Positions 35,920 through 49,900 of a stretch of DNA of 64,000 nucleotides are shown piece after piece. The translations under genes were made by a program, and so were the position numbers. The stretch comes from Eledone cirrhosa (lineage: Eukaryota). Positions within the stretch are counted from its first letter, which is position 1. Every line of letters begins with the position of its first letter. The stretch is taken from positions 13,454,001 to 13,518,000 of the forward strand of contig OZ024750.1 in NCBI GenBank assembly GCA_964016885.1, given 5' to 3'. Below the pieces are notes generated by a model. The model saw only the letters and a program-made list of their open reading frames with translations. It made no database searches and was not told the origin of the DNA.

Positions 35920-38900
35920 ATCTATATCTATATATGCTCTTGAGCTTTTGTTATTTTCTATAAACAGATGAATAAAAAGAGGCTTTTGTCTCAGTAATTA
36001 TTGTTTGCTTGTTTTTATATTGATGAATAATTTCCAAGTGGGTTTCTTGCTTTACAGTAAGTTTTTACCTTATGTAAAACTGTTCAGTTGCATGTTATCT
36101 ATTATTTGGGACTTTTAGAGGATTTGTCACATTTAATGTTTGTTTATATGAATCACATATATTCACCTTTCTGTTTATGTTTCTCTGCATGTTTGTGATA
36201 TTTAAAGATAGTTCTATAAAATATACTTTCAGGATTTTGATGGTGATTTTAAAGGAGAGAAAAAGAAAAGTTTTTTTAAATCATTCAAAGAAAAAATAAA
36301 CAAAGGTAGCTTTTCTCTCTTTTCTCTCACATTATTTCGCCCCACACCTTTGTAACCTATCTTCACCAGCTTTCATGTTAGAGGCGGTTTTGTCATTGTA
36401 TAATTCCCTGCTAGCAAAAGTTAGATGTGTCATCGCAAGTGGAGCTACAGACCTCTCAGATGGACTTTGAGACCTGCATCTCTCATACATTCTACCAAGT
36501 GCAATTTATCATGTAGGTCACCAGTACTAGGGAGATTGTTATGTCTTTGACACAGCTGAAGAGTGCTCTCAACCTTTTGTTTGGCAGATTTTCTATAGCT
36601 TGATGCCCTTACTATCACCAATCACTTTACAGAGTCTACTGAGAAACCTTTTATAGCCAGCTGAACTTTTTTCAACCAGTTTTCACCTTAGTTAGTCTAC
36701 ATTCAGAACATTGACTGCCATTGCTAATTAGGTCATCCAGAAATTGTCCATTACTTCTAGGGAGGCATCTGAGCATTTGATATCACCTGTCTTTTGAGGA
36801 GTCTTCATTTTTTGTTAACCTGCCCGAGATACTCCTACACCTCTTGTGTTGCTGTAGTTTACATTTTGTGCATTGTATGGAATTCCTATCAACTCTTTCC
36901 CTGTATATTGAGAATAAACCACTTCCTTGGTGATATCAGGACCCTGTCTTTTCTACTTATTAGGACTTTAGTTTTTGTTAAGTTGACTTTGAGGCCTTTT
37001 AATTCCAGGTGTTGTGTCCATGTCTAGAATTTCTTCTTAGTATATATATATATCTAAGTTGTATTTAGAAACTCTAATAATGTTACCATCTGAGAATGTC
37101 ACATTCACCTCTATCACTTTTATCATTTTCATCATCATCATCATGTTCATATTTCTATGATGGTATGGTTAGGACAGGACGTTTTGAGGCAGTGTTTTAT
37201 AGCCAGATGCCCTTTTTGTCATCTCCACATGTGGAGATATGATGTATCTTCAGTCATCATATCTTTGTAAAACAGTTTTTTCATATAAGGATTAGTAAAT
37301 AAGCTACTGCATTCTTATATTGTACATCTTTGCAAATCATATATTTTGTCCTATGGCAATATATTTATCTCTGTGTACTTAGAGTTTTGTGTCTAATTGA
37401 CTAATTATATTTTATATTTCAGGTATGAAAAAGCGAGGAAAAAGTGAGAGAGACGATTTCTTCTCGGGTAAGTTACATCAATTAAGAATAAGTACTCTTT
37501 CTTGTATGAAGCAATTTATGGAAAGTGCTAATCTGACTGATGCAAGCATGGAAAATAGACGTTAAAAGGTGATGGTGAGGATGATGATGTACACTATATT
37601 TGCAATTTTATATAGTTACATGTTTATTTGTATGTTTATGTGTAGATTATTTAACTTGTAAAATGCAAGTTTCGAATCCAGGGCCTTGTTGGAGGAACCC
37701 CTCCCTGGTTGACGCCCACCACTTTCAGTTGCGTTTTGGTTATGTCAGGGCTGTAGCCGTACCCACCATACTCAGCTAATTAAGGCTATTTAACTCATAG
37801 TTGGGATTGATGGCCATTGACTCTGAGGAATTCATCTGCCCTTTAACAGCTCTTGTTTTTTGTGCTGGTGGGGTTCCACTTACCCTCCTCACTAGACCAG
37901 GCTTTGGTGATGGAGCCAGTTTAGTCGCCAATAGTTCAACTATCAAGCAGGTTATGCTGGATTACATGGTACCAGTAGCAGCAAATTTAAATTTAGATAA
38001 GAGAATTATTTGAAAGTATATTTGTCAATTTTTTTGCAAGTTTTTCAGGAAGTATTCTTGCATTTATTTCAAAGTTTCAATGTTGTCTTTCAGAGGAATT
38101 TGGTGCTTGTGGCGATGCTTTTGATGGTGGTGGCAATGGCAACTTTCCTAGTGGTTCTTATGGTAACAACAAAAACTATGTCTGTCCTGGTTGGTATTTT
38201 CTAAAAGTGTCTACTTTTTGACAATTGTTATTCTACAAATATATATTTGAAGACGTGGTAGGATGCCATACTAATTGCCTTCTGGTGCTAAATTATATTT
38301 GTGTATACTCTGAGTTCAAAATTTTTTTTTAGTTCAAAAATATGCACCACTTATGTATTGATTTAATTGACTATAAATTTGTAGCTTTCATCAAATTAGG
38401 AATTATTATTATTATTGGGCATCATTACTGCTTTACCGAGCACAGCTTTATGCGCCTTGGATAATAGCAGTGTAGTTTTTGCTGATGTTGTTTCTAGTAT
38501 CATTATATAGCTTTAGTGTATGAAATAAGATAGTGCTAAATCAAGATCTTAATTTGATTTTAAAATTATATTAGGTAGGTATTAAAAATTGAAATTGTAC
38601 TTGTTTTATTTATTTATTTATTTTTATTTTATTTATTTTTTTGCTTTAGAAACTGGAGATGAGATTCTGGCTAAGTATCGTAAAAAACCAAATCTACCGT
38701 CTTCACAAAGTCTAGATATGACTGATGATAATCAAAAGGATAAACATCCTACAAAAGAAGAACAAATCAACGAGGTTCCTTATTATGATCCTAATAACTT
38801 AGAAAACTGCTTTGCATTTGCTGATGCCAAAAGAAAACTTCGACTTGTGCTAAGCGTTGGTGATTACCAGAACTGCTCTATTCGTTATCAAACATGTGGC

Positions 38901-41900
38901 CGATGGATGCATAGCAGTCCATGTGATAGTGACGGTACACCTGGTAGTCAGTGGAAAGAGACTGAACTTGTTCATATATTAAGTGTTCAACTGGCTGAAG
39001 CTATAAATCTACGTAACAAGGAAATGGTTGCACAGCTACATGAAGTAATTCGCTGTATTAAATTATTTGATAATGAAGGGTAGGTGTAAATAACTGTTCA
39101 CTTTATTCCATTGTACATTGGTTTGTTAATTCACGAGTTCAATTCCTGTTCCAAGCAAAACCATAACTCTAAACGAGATATATTGCTCTCTGCTTTAGTG
39201 TTATTTTCATTTTTTAGATGAAGTGGCAACATTAGAGAGGACATCCATTTTATGTAAGACATTTCTCTGAGGGAATCTGGACTTTGGTTTTTGCCAGGTT
39301 GACTTTAAGACCTTTAGATTCTAGGCCTTACTTCCAGATTTAGAATTTCTTCTCTAGTTCTGCCAGGTGACAAATAGGTTGAGTCATTAGAATAACAGAG
39401 AGAATGTTTTATGATATATGTTCTAAAGCTCTGAAGTTCTGAGTTCAAAACTTGCTGAGGTCAACTTTACCTTTCATTCTTTCTTTATAAAAAAAATACC
39501 AATCTAGTACTGTTTCAATTTTCTCTTTATATAGTTGTGTTATGAGGAGTTGAAGCATTGTGTTGAAAAATACTTTATTAAAATATTAAGACACTTTTCT
39601 GTATGCCAATTCCCTCCTCTCACTCTCTTCCTCTTCAGAGGTAGATCTCAACTTTGCACTGTTTCTAGCACTTTCCCCAACACTGTATCAAGATGAACTA
39701 AGTTGTTAAGAACTAAAAATCCGTTTTAGGAACATTGTAGTGTCAATAGTTTGACACAAATTGGACTGATGTGCAAACACTCTTTCATTTTAGTAAATCA
39801 GTTATAATATAATAGTTTAACAATTAGAACATAACTTAATCTATTGAGTAACATTTCTATATTTTTATAGCTGCAAAAAATTATTTAAATCACTTGAAGA
39901 AGATTACAAAGGAAGATCCCATTACATTGCTTACTTGACACGCTGCAAACAGGGTTTGTTAACAAGTTTGTATTTCCTCCAAGGATTGTTACAGCGAGCA
40001 CAAAGGTGAGTTTTATTATTTTAATACTGTGTCAGTTTAGATTTTTTGTACCTCATTTTATTTGCATAGTCTTGAAAATATCTTAGCATTTTATCATCAT
40101 CATCGTTTAACGTCTATCTTCCACGCTAGCATGGGAATTGTCCCATTTGAGGCAAGATTGTTCAGGTGACTGTGTCTCACTCGTATAGGACTGTATCTGG
40201 CAGGTTTTCTATGGCTGGATGCCCTTCCTAATACCAACCACATTTACAGTATGGAATGGGAGCCTTTTTACTGTGTCTCCTACACAACCACTTTACAGCG
40301 TGGACTGGGTGCTTTTTGTCGTGACAGCTACACGACCACTTAAGTGTGGACTGGATATTTCATAAAAATAAAATATATAGAACAACAAATTATTTAGCAT
40401 ACAGCCGCTATCCCCCCCCCCCCTATCTCTCTACCCTACTAGCAATGGTTGGACATATAAGTGTATATATATATATATATAATATATTATTATAGAGCTT
40501 TTGCCATAATTATCTTACTTTGCGTATTCTGAAGATGACAAAAATATTTCTCATAGCCTATAATAATTGCAATAGATTCTCATAAGCTAATATGAAACAC
40601 TGTATAGTGCATGGCAAGACAAGTTTTCAATGTAAGAAAGTATTACACCAAAATACCAATAACAGAAACATTTGAAATAATCATGTTTGTATTACAATGT
40701 ATTATCATGAAATAAATGCAAATGTTTTAATAGTTACATGAATTTTTCCACAGAGAAAAAGAAATTTGCAACAATCATCTGAATAATGTATGTGTACAAA
40801 GGTTCATTGAAAGTAAGGATAAGCTACTTTCAAATTTTATAGCAGAATTTCAAAAACTTACAGTGTCAGATGAAAAAGTAAGTAGACATTTATTTTTACT
40901 GTTCTTTAAAAAATTATTTAATTTATTTTTTAAAGTATTGGTAGCTAGTTTAATAGTTTTTTTAAAAAAATAATTTAACTTATGCTGTTACATACTAAAC
41001 TCTTTTTATTATTTAGTATATGTCCACTTAATTTTATTCAATATTTCCATCATTTGATTGTAGGGAAATATAAGACAATCTGGAGGATGAAGATATAGGA
41101 GGTGAAAGATCTTTCAACCATTGTATGGTTGAAACAGTGATACATGTTATGAGGACATAAAGACTTATTATATAGAGGACAATTGTTTCTATGAGACAAC
41201 ACGCTCCAAGCCTCATTCTATTTAGGGAAGACATATCGAATCTATGCAAGCTTTGAAAAATGAATATAAAATGATGTTGAGGATTCTTTATTATAGGTTA
41301 AAAGTTTGGAGAGAATACATTAGAAATATACAGTTGCCATGCCATTCTCAAATGTGTTAGTACAGAGAGTAAAAACATTTCAAATTCAAATTCAACAGCA
41401 GATTTAACTTACTTATTTTAGATAAAGTTTAAAATATGTTTCTTTTAGTGCTTGTGCTTACAAAATATTCATGAGCACCAAAAGTTCCAACTTCCTGTGT
41501 TTCAAAATTTCTGATCTTATAAAGAAATGGTTATTCTTTGAATGTATTTAAAATTTTTCGAATGATGATAGGAAATATTTTCTAATGTATATTTAATATA
41601 TATTTTTTTGTATTTCAGGAAGATTTAGTTGAACGTTTCCTGAATGGACTTTATAAAAGCATTGAAAAAGATGCTCTCTGGCAAGGTATGAACCAAAAAA
41701 AAATTTAGTATAAAACTGGGGGCTACACAGTGTCTTTAACTACAAATAATAGCTATAGTGATTAGTAGTAAATCTAACACATCAGTGTCTTTAATTACAC
41801 ATAATAGCTATAGTGGTTAGGAGGATATGGAGGATAGTTGAATACCAAGAGCTCGCCAAGATCTGAAATTCACTAGGTGACCATCATCAGAGGTATGAGA

Positions 41901-44900
41901 ATGTCTTGAAATCTAACCTTAAAGCATGTTATATTCCCACGACTGAGAATGACAAACATTTATTTGGTCAAAGTGACAGTTTTAGCAAGAATAAGGTGCT
42001 TTGAACCTCATCAATAAAATCCACAAGTGTCGTGCTGCTATGCCAAAGTTCATGACTGACCCTCCACAACTAATATATTTGCCTGGTTTATCAGTATTGA
42101 TGGTCTCAGGCCATCACAAATGTTGTGACAGCCAACCAAATTCTCAAATGGTTAAAAAACTATCGACTTTGACAGGATTTGATATCTGGATGTAAAAGGA
42201 CCTGACTAAATACTGCTCTACTCAATTAGTTTTTACTAATTTATAATACTTACAATAATATTTATATATGGTTGATTTTTATGGGATGTTTTTATTTATT
42301 TATAGAATTATTAAATGAAATGAAATCTTATTTTCTAGGCTGCAGTGAAAGTCAATTACAAAGTAGTTGCATTGCTCTTGAACGTTATGTTATGGGAAGA
42401 ATCTATACTCATGCCATGTTTCCTAACGGAGATGGAGATATTTTGAGGGATCAGTAAGTATATATTTAAGTATATTCTCTTAGCAAATGCTTCTTCTGTG
42501 ATGCATTTTAGTAACTATTGCATGAAGTCTCTTTGAAACTAAATATTTTTACCTTTATATTGAACAGTCAATCCATTATTATTTGTTACAAGCAAATAAA
42601 AGGGACAAACTGGCAGAGTTATTAGGGTATCAAATAGAATCATCATCATCATCATCAACGTTTAACGTCCGTGTTCCACGCTTGCATAGGTTTGGACGGG
42701 GGTTTTCCCACTTGAGGCAAGAGTGATTGTCTTGCTCGCATAGGACTATCTGGCGGGTTTTCTACAGCTGGATGCCCTTCCTAACACCAACCACATTTAC
42801 AGTGTGGGGCTGGGAGGTTTTTACCGTGTTGCCTACACGGCCACATTACAGCGTGGACTGTCTGGCAGGTTTTCTACAGCTGGATGCCCTTCCTAACACC
42901 AACCACATTTACAGTGTGGGGCTGGGAGGTTTTTACCGTGTTGCCTACACGGCCACATTACAGCGTGGACTGTCTGGCAGGTTTTCTACAGCTGGATCTT
43001 AAGATATTCATTGCGGCTCTGAGTTCAACATTGCCTTTCATCTTTCGGGGTCAATAAAGTACTTGTGTCGACACTTTTCTCTCAATAACCTTTTAAGCCC
43101 CAAATACCACACTCCAATATGTTTATTTTGCCTGCTTCTGCAGTTGTTACTACTAGAGCCTACTAGCTTAAATATATAACTGAACAGTGAGGGAAGTGGA
43201 GAAGCTGCATACTTAGATTACTCCACAGCATCCATGTAATAAACTACTATATGTTGTTCTATACAATAGAGATAACCTATATCTGGAACAGTGGATGATA
43301 CCTGATTGTTTAACCTACTATTATGTGCCATAAGTCTTGAGGTTTGTAGGAAATTGAAGATGCATACAGATAACAACAATAAAATTACATATATCAATTT
43401 TATTTTATTTTCTACGTCACCAGAAGTGTTGACTTCATCCAATCTGAATGGCATGAAAATAGATTAGTTAGACACCACAGGTTGAGGCAACAGTGCACAC
43501 ATTTAAAAAAAATTGTCTTTGTACAGTAAATTAGGCATTGACAATTAACACATTTTAATAAAAGTTGGTTGACAAATGTGAAGACAAAATATTATACATA
43601 TGATAGTGTTTGAAGTCGATTGAAAAATTCGTGTTTTGTAAAGTGTTAACATACATGACGTAGCAAAAGATTTAATGCCATTTGGCATTCCATTCAGCTA
43701 ATATGCCTCACGGGGAGACTAACCGAAAAAGAATAGAAATATCGTTGATAAGAGTAGCGACAGGGTGGCTACATCTTGTTGAGACAAGATGAAAGGTAGC
43801 AAAACAGATTTCACTTCTGTTTATGTATCCAAAATGGTTGGCGACTTTCTGGTCTCTGTAAAATACCAAAATGTCACCCGTTGAATAGAGCCCTGAGATT
43901 GTGACAGGCTAAAGAACAGTTTTGTTGTTGTTTAGCACCTAGTTGTCCCATCTTTTTCTTGTCTGCAAAGAACCTAGGACCACATTATCCCATGTCACTT
44001 TTTAAGATAATAAGGTTTTTACTTTAGGGAGATTTAGCTGCATCTCTGATTCCAGAGTTACTGCTTAAAATTCTTTTAATCAATATATAAGTCAATCACA
44101 TGGAGACAAAGGTTTTAAAGGACCTTTCAGGCTGGATGAACAACATGCAACAAGTTCACTAATGCTGGTGCCACGAAAAATTCACCCTGTATATCCTGTA
44201 AGGTGAACAGCAAAAAAAAAACCATGCTATATATGTAACCTATGGGAAAAGATCTAAACCGTCTGGTCTCAACCCATGCCAGTTGGAAAGTGAATGTAAA
44301 ATATATATATACTCTCAAATACTATGTGCTCCAGCATGGCTGTAATTAGTAAAAGAGTATAATCCCATTGGTCTGCTAATGCCTAAAACACATGTTCTTT
44401 ATACTTACTATTTATGTTCTTTGGCTGTGCACACATTTTTCATTATTGAAATCAGCTTAAATCTTTTACCCTTTCGTTATGAATATTTAGAAATGAATTC
44501 ATACATGTTAGTTTATTTTCATCCCATGTTTTGAATTTAATAAATTAACATTCATATTGAATTTTTAAAACTAAAACGACCATCTATAAATTGCAGTTTG
44601 TACAAATGTTTTGTATCTTCATTGCAGACTAATTCATGACCACATCAAAAATCTATCACAAGTGATATCTCCTACACACAAAGATTTATGTATCCCAAAG
44701 ATATATCAGTTTGAGTGTCCTTGGCCAGCAGCTCAAAGGGAAATCCATATGATAAATGCTTACAAGGTTGGTTTCAGTATATTAAAGATTCATTTGTTAT
44801 TTCTGTACATTTGCCCTAAATAGAAAACTCATTCCTCACTGATGAATTAAATTTTTTCTTCTCCCTTTGCCTTTTAAATAAATGCTCTTACACTAAATCA

Positions 44901-45867
44901 TAATTATAGATCTTTTTAAGGATTTAGCAAAAAATATCTAAAAACAGGTTTCTTAATTCAAATGTTTGAGGTATCTTTAGTAGACAAACTGAACATTTTA
45001 AATTTGAATGTGATGTACTCATAGAGAATATCTTGCTAATGAAGTTTCATGTGGTACAGAATGTTAAGAGTTAAATTTAACATTCATTGCAAAAACAATA
45101 TTATAAAATGTATATAATTGAATGAAACTTTCAGTTAACATCTTTAACCCTTTTAATACCAACCCAACTCTGGTTCTATGAAACAAAACCACCCAATTTA
45201 GAATTAATATCTTTTAACATCAGAACCGGATGTTAAGTTACTATCTTAGTAAATAAATCCCTCAAAATAGAGTATTTCATTAGAAATATAGTTGTGAAAG
45301 TACAGTCAACTGTATTTGTTCCACTGTTAAATTCTTTTGAACTTATTGATCATTATAGAGTTTCTGTTTACAAAACAATGGTCTAGTATGAAAAATTAAT
45401 GTGAACATCTTTTACATAATTTCTATCCCCTGCATATGTTCTTGTCAATGTACAAGAAATCTGGATATTTTTATAATAATAATAAAAAACTTAGTTTACA
45501 AACCCATAAAGAAAATTTATTCAGTTTCATATTTCATGCCCACCTGTTTTTATTTCGTTTTAGTAAAAAAGTTAAAAGAATGTTCTATTTTACTTGCTTT
45601 CAGACACCAAAAGATAAAGTACAATGTGTGTATCGCTGTTCATTATGCATTATGAATTTATTGAGTATGGCCAATGACCGGAAAGTGCCAGCTGCAGATG
45701 ACTTTTTTCCCGTGCTCATTTATGTTATTATTAAAGCCAACCCCCCTTGTTTACTGTCAACCATCCAATATGTTAACAGTTTCTATGGTGAGCGTGTAAC
45801 TGGAGAAGAACAATACTGGTGGATGCAGTTCTACTCTGCTGTAAAATTCATTAAAACTATGGATTGA
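17178..45867 (+). CDS. GAPVD1: GTPase-activating protein and VPS9 domain-containing protein 1 (Gapex-5/RME-6), 20 coding exons, ~1621 aa
   Basis: Hand-spliced with GT-AG sites and consistent phases: 17178-18296, 19560-19691, 20141-20330, 21081-21244, 22132-22264, 22783-23058, 24171-24313, 25077-25181, 26975-27071, 28490-29508, 36233-36305, 37423-37467, 38094-38189, 38650-39079, 39871-40005, 40754-40877, 41619-41685, 42339-42453, 44628-44766, 45604-45867 (4866 nt). N-terminal RasGAP ('FICPAIWDP..YGI','ARHNLMQIAQIIQ'), 'SDMISANVSGRGTP', two WSTDVL motifs and a C-terminal VPS9 domain ('PAADDFFPVLIYVIIKANPP','GEEQYWWMQF'). The 5' UTR acceptor is at 17095/17096. Confidence 0.93.
20514..20755. repeat. 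Diverged tandem duplication, ~121-bp unit x2, with (ATT)n tails
   Basis: 'catgactc..cactgttcatttt...gatgagttgt.gtgcacctg.gcactg.acacaat..ttcattattattat' occurs twice. Confidence 0.8.
23817..24000 (+). mobile_element. Full-length tRNA-derived SINE with ~20-bp target-site duplication
   Basis: A-box-like GGTGGATTGG and B box GAGTTCAAATCC. The direct repeat ACAATTATTTTACAGTGAAAT lies at 23796-23816 and 23999-24019. Confidence 0.9.
28079..28364. mobile_element. Tc1/mariner(pogo)-type MITE with an internal long hairpin
   Basis: TIRs 'tatatacttgaatataagct' / 'agcttatattcaaatatata'. Internal inverted repeat at 28124-28179 / 28193-28248. Confidence 0.7.
30451..30644. mobile_element. piggyBac-type MITE
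   Basis: TTAA|CCCTTTAGCATT ... AATGCTAATGGG|TTAA. Interior homologous to 31264-31485. Confidence 0.85.
31264..31485. mobile_element. piggyBac-type MITE
   Basis: Perfect TIRs CCCTTTAGCATTTA / TAAATGCTAAAGGG flanked by TTAA target duplications. Confidence 0.9.
32233..32937 (+). mobile_element. 5'-truncated RTE/RTEX-clade LINE with (TGA)n tail
   Basis: RT C-terminus 'VGLYLNESKTEY..LKQVEDYKYLGSYI..LLYGSETWTL..LDGTYTRLLMRVQNLSWK..RAQFAGHC'. One in-frame TGA at 32475. Ends in tgatgatgatga. Confidence 0.9.
33453..33511. repeat. (TA)n microsatellite
   Basis: About 29 uninterrupted TA units. Confidence 0.95.
34324..34610. repeat. Degenerate G-rich tandem repeat (~24-28-bp unit, core GGGGCTACAGATGAAGA)
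   Basis: Core recurs roughly nine times with variable G-runs. Confidence 0.8.
34620..35040 (+). mobile_element. Old RTE-like LINE fragment
   Basis: 'VSLKLKGKVCAACL', 'ETW' and 'WLDHVLRKDENDW' motifs in broken frames. Confidence 0.6.
35605..35806 (+). mobile_element. tRNA-derived SINE copy
   Basis: Same head (ggcggtggattagc..gagttcaaatcc) and central domain as the 23817 copy. Confidence 0.8.
42641..42997 (-). mobile_element. (TGA)n-tailed SINE with internal 112-bp tandem duplication
   Basis: Starts with the (cat)n tail. Near-identical units begin at 42749, 42861 and 42973 (partial). Confidence 0.85.
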
Positions 45868-46967
45868 GGGAACCATCAACATTTACAATGACAAACAATC
45901 AATATTGTCAACATTTTTGGCTTAGCTGTTGACTGATATGACATTTCTACACTGTACAACTGTGATTATATCACAGTAACTACAACAATAATAGAACTTA
46001 TTTCATTCAGTTTAGCTTTTCTGATGCCATCCATCATCAGTATTGGTTTCTGTAATAGACCTACAATACTGGCTGTATCAGTTAGTTGTAGTATTATGTC
46101 TCCTCTTCTAGCACCAGGGTTGTGTTATGCTAAACAAAGCAGCAAACCATTATAGCAGGTATGTTGGCAACAGGAAAATACTTGGGTGAAAGAGGTAGGT
46201 GTACAAACTAAAATTGAAGGGTTGTGTAAGCTATTTTCTCAATCAATTGATGCATGTAATGTTTTTTCAGCTAATTTTCACCTGTGACAATATATTAACA
46301 TTTCTTAAATAGTTTGTTTATAAACAAATTCTAGTTTCATATACACTACATTCTTCAAAAGTATCTCTATGAACTCTTGGAGCTGGAGTGGGCATAAAAG
46401 AAAAACTGCTGGAATTCTTTGTAAAATAATGTTTGTATAGACACATAAATGATTTCCATGTGCAGTTTTGTGAATTTGTTTGTATTTCCTGCCACCATTA
46501 AAGAATAAGTTTCTTTTTGATTTCCTCCTGCCTTCATGCCAAACTTGTTTCTTTATGTTGGTTGTTTGCTTTTTACATTACCCCAGTTCTACAGTTGGAT
46601 AACATACTATTAATTTACAGAAAAAAATATTGTCAGGGCTATTCTGTTATTAAAACTGTGAGTCATAAAATAGTTTTGTTTTCTTTTTACATGAAAAAAA
46701 TGTATTGAAATTATTACTCTTGCTACCTATTTAATATATTGACCATGAAATGGTTTATGAGAGGATGTTCTCACAGTATATAGTTATTTTAAACGATTTT
46801 AGCAACAAAGCAGCCTCTATGTAGTTGCTTGTCATGCTAGATACAGTAGCCAAATGTCTCACAAAAGACACCCTGCTGTTTTAAAAGTGGATGCATTGGA
46901 TAATATAGTCCGAGGTCCTGGTTTGAATGCCTATAACATAGGTCTGTTTGGTGAGGGTTAATCAATA

Positions 46968-49900
46968 TTAAGAAATGCTATCTGTTGAGTCAAAGTACAT
47001 ATTCAAGTTCCTTCTTTTGAACTTTTTGTTTTCAGTGAGTGAAGTTAAAGATGTATTAGATCGTTTTGATGAATTTGAAGAACTTCCTGATAAATTAAGG
47101 GATGTACCTAAATCTGTTGTTTCTAAAATTGATTCATTGTTCTTCTCTACTTCTGCTATATGATCTTGTGTGGTACTGGAACTCTTTTCACTTATATTCT
47201 TTAAGTCACTGGTATGAACATTATCCTCTTCAGAACTAGAACATTCTGAATGAACAGTATCTGTGACATTTTGCATACTAATATTAGTATTACTATTGAA
47301 ATTACTGGAACTGTCCAAATTATTTAGAACTCTATTTGGGTCTGTTAAGTCTAACATATCACAAAGTAGGGTCGTTTGATCGTTGATCTTTATATCTGTG
47401 GCATTATCACAGTACACAAAATTTTCTGGGATGGTAAGATCTCCACCAAAATCATCAACTATGTTTTTTATATCTTCATCACTTGCTGTGAAATCATACC
47501 TGAGGATAAAAGGAAATAGCTGATAAGAACATTTCAAATAAACTAATTTAAATGGAAGCTTCTCGATTTTACCCTATCCCTGTCTTTCTTCCTTCCTCTT
47601 TCTATAACCCTTTTCACCCAGTCACTTTCATTGCTCTTCAACAAAAGACCCAACCACCTCATTCCATCATCACTGGCTGTAATCCCTCTATTCATTGTCT
47701 TCCTCTCTCTGAACAGTCTCAATTATATAAATCAACATTGTAATCAGTGATAAGTAAGATCTAAATGTTTACCGTTCATCAGTTCCAGGTCCAGGCATGT
47801 AACAGTTACACTTGTGCAAATTTAGTAAATGGTTTGTTGATTTTAAAACAGCAAGCCATTCAGGGTCTAACTGTAATTTTAAAGGTTTCCTGTGAGGAAT
47901 ATCTAAAATCTGGAAAAGAAAAAATATTTAACTCTGAGGTACATACAAATAATCTAATAATTTTTTTTTTTTTTAAATTGCTGTTTATCATTTTTACGGC
48001 TTGGTGTAGGTTGGATTAACATTTTATTGAGGCAGTATTCTATGTTCTTTCTCAATGCTAACCATTGTTTTTAAGTAAAGTACTTATTTCACACATTGAG
48101 CTGCAAGACAACATACCTTGCCAACTGGTGTCAATGTGAAGACATACATATAGTGCCACCATAAAAGGCACTCGATACACTCCATATAGTGGTTGGCATA
48201 TGGACAGGGCAACCCCATTATAGTGCTGACACTACAATAAAATACACCCAGCAGACTCTGTAAAGTAGTTGACATTAAGAATTACATTGAGTCATAGAAA
48301 CTATGCCAAAAATAGAACATTGAGGTGGATATGATTCCCTTCTTATGGAGTCACACCAGGCAAGGCTCTGTGTGGTGTGTTAAGATTTCAAGGTCGTTAA
48401 GTGTGCATGAATCTTCAAGATTAGGGGAAATTTGAAGGTGCTTCATAGTTTGTAATTGGCAGTTGGAATCATCATTGGTGACATATCTAGATGAGATTAA
48501 CTCCAATGTGGTCCCCTCATCTAGATGATGACAGTAACTGATTAAGTTCTTCTGTAATGACCTGTCCAGTTTCCATCTATCAAATTTTTCTCACAACTTG
48601 TTCTATTTTTTTTGGAAATGACACAAACAATTACCTGTAAGAAATCCCTTCTAGGCAAGCATTTGTCAAGGGATAGAAACTTGGTTTTAGATTTACATTC
48701 ACCACTTTCAGTCTAAAATTATAAAGGGAACAAAAAAAAAACACACTTAAATGAAAGGAGTTGAAGATAGAGCTAGTGTTATCAATTAGTTGTCACAGTC
48801 CAACAGAAAGGTTATTCTCAACAGTAAAGATTGAAAAAATGTAGGCAAATATAATCAAGTGTTATGAGATACTGATTTTAAAAACATGAACATGTAGTGA
48901 GGCTTCTTGAATTTTGTGAAACTAACCCAGCGAAGGCTGGAGAGAAATGAAGCAAGCATACTCCAATGTGCACAAACGACCAAGGATGGACGAGTTGAGA
49001 GAGAAACTGTAGTATGCAGGAGAGGAGACTGCATTGGTATGGCCATGTGATGCGCATGGATGATGACTGCTAGGTGAAGAAATCCCACGATAAACATGGG
49101 CAGAGGTAGTGAGAGCTGATCGCTGAAGTAGGACTGCGACAAATGGAGAGATGCTGTGCTGAAGAGGACCTCTCCCACCTTTGCGAGAGGATGTAAAATG
49201 ATGGTGTAGGTTTTTTCAATATACAAAACATACAAATGAATATTTTCTCAAAGTTATATGGAAATATATAATAAAAATTGTTTCTATGTATGAACATATC
49301 CTTGCTAAATAATGTGTCTAGTATAATATTATCAATGAAAATAATTTTACCTTATGAGGCACAATAGCAGTAAACTTTACATGTAGGTGAGCAGAAAACC
49401 AATAGGTTGGTTGAAGCATGTGAAGAAGCTCCTCAGAAGGGGGGCTGCCTAATGTGTTGGTCTCAATATCATTTTCTAGAAACTTTTTTTTTCGCAGAAG
49501 ATCTTTGAGATCCCCATATTTATGAATTCCACGTGGCCAGTCATGTGATAATATAATATCAACATGCCGCGTAATCTGTAAATAAACAATTCATCAACTG
49601 TTTAGTGATAGCTTTTGAGAATGAAATCTTAAAATAATAATTTTTTTAACCAACAAATAAACATATCTGTTTAGTCCAAAAATTACTTTTTCATTTGAAA
49701 AATACAAAAATAAATTTCAAAGTTATCTTAATGATCTTTCTTTATCTTGTGGTTACCTGTTTCATTCGAAAATATTCTAAATTTCTAACATGGTAGACAG
49801 ATCGTTTTGTCTCTTCTGTATAAGGTGGATGTTCATAATGACCTAAAATTTGAGAAAGATATTTTATAAAAAAATGATATAATTAAACAGCTAATCAGAA

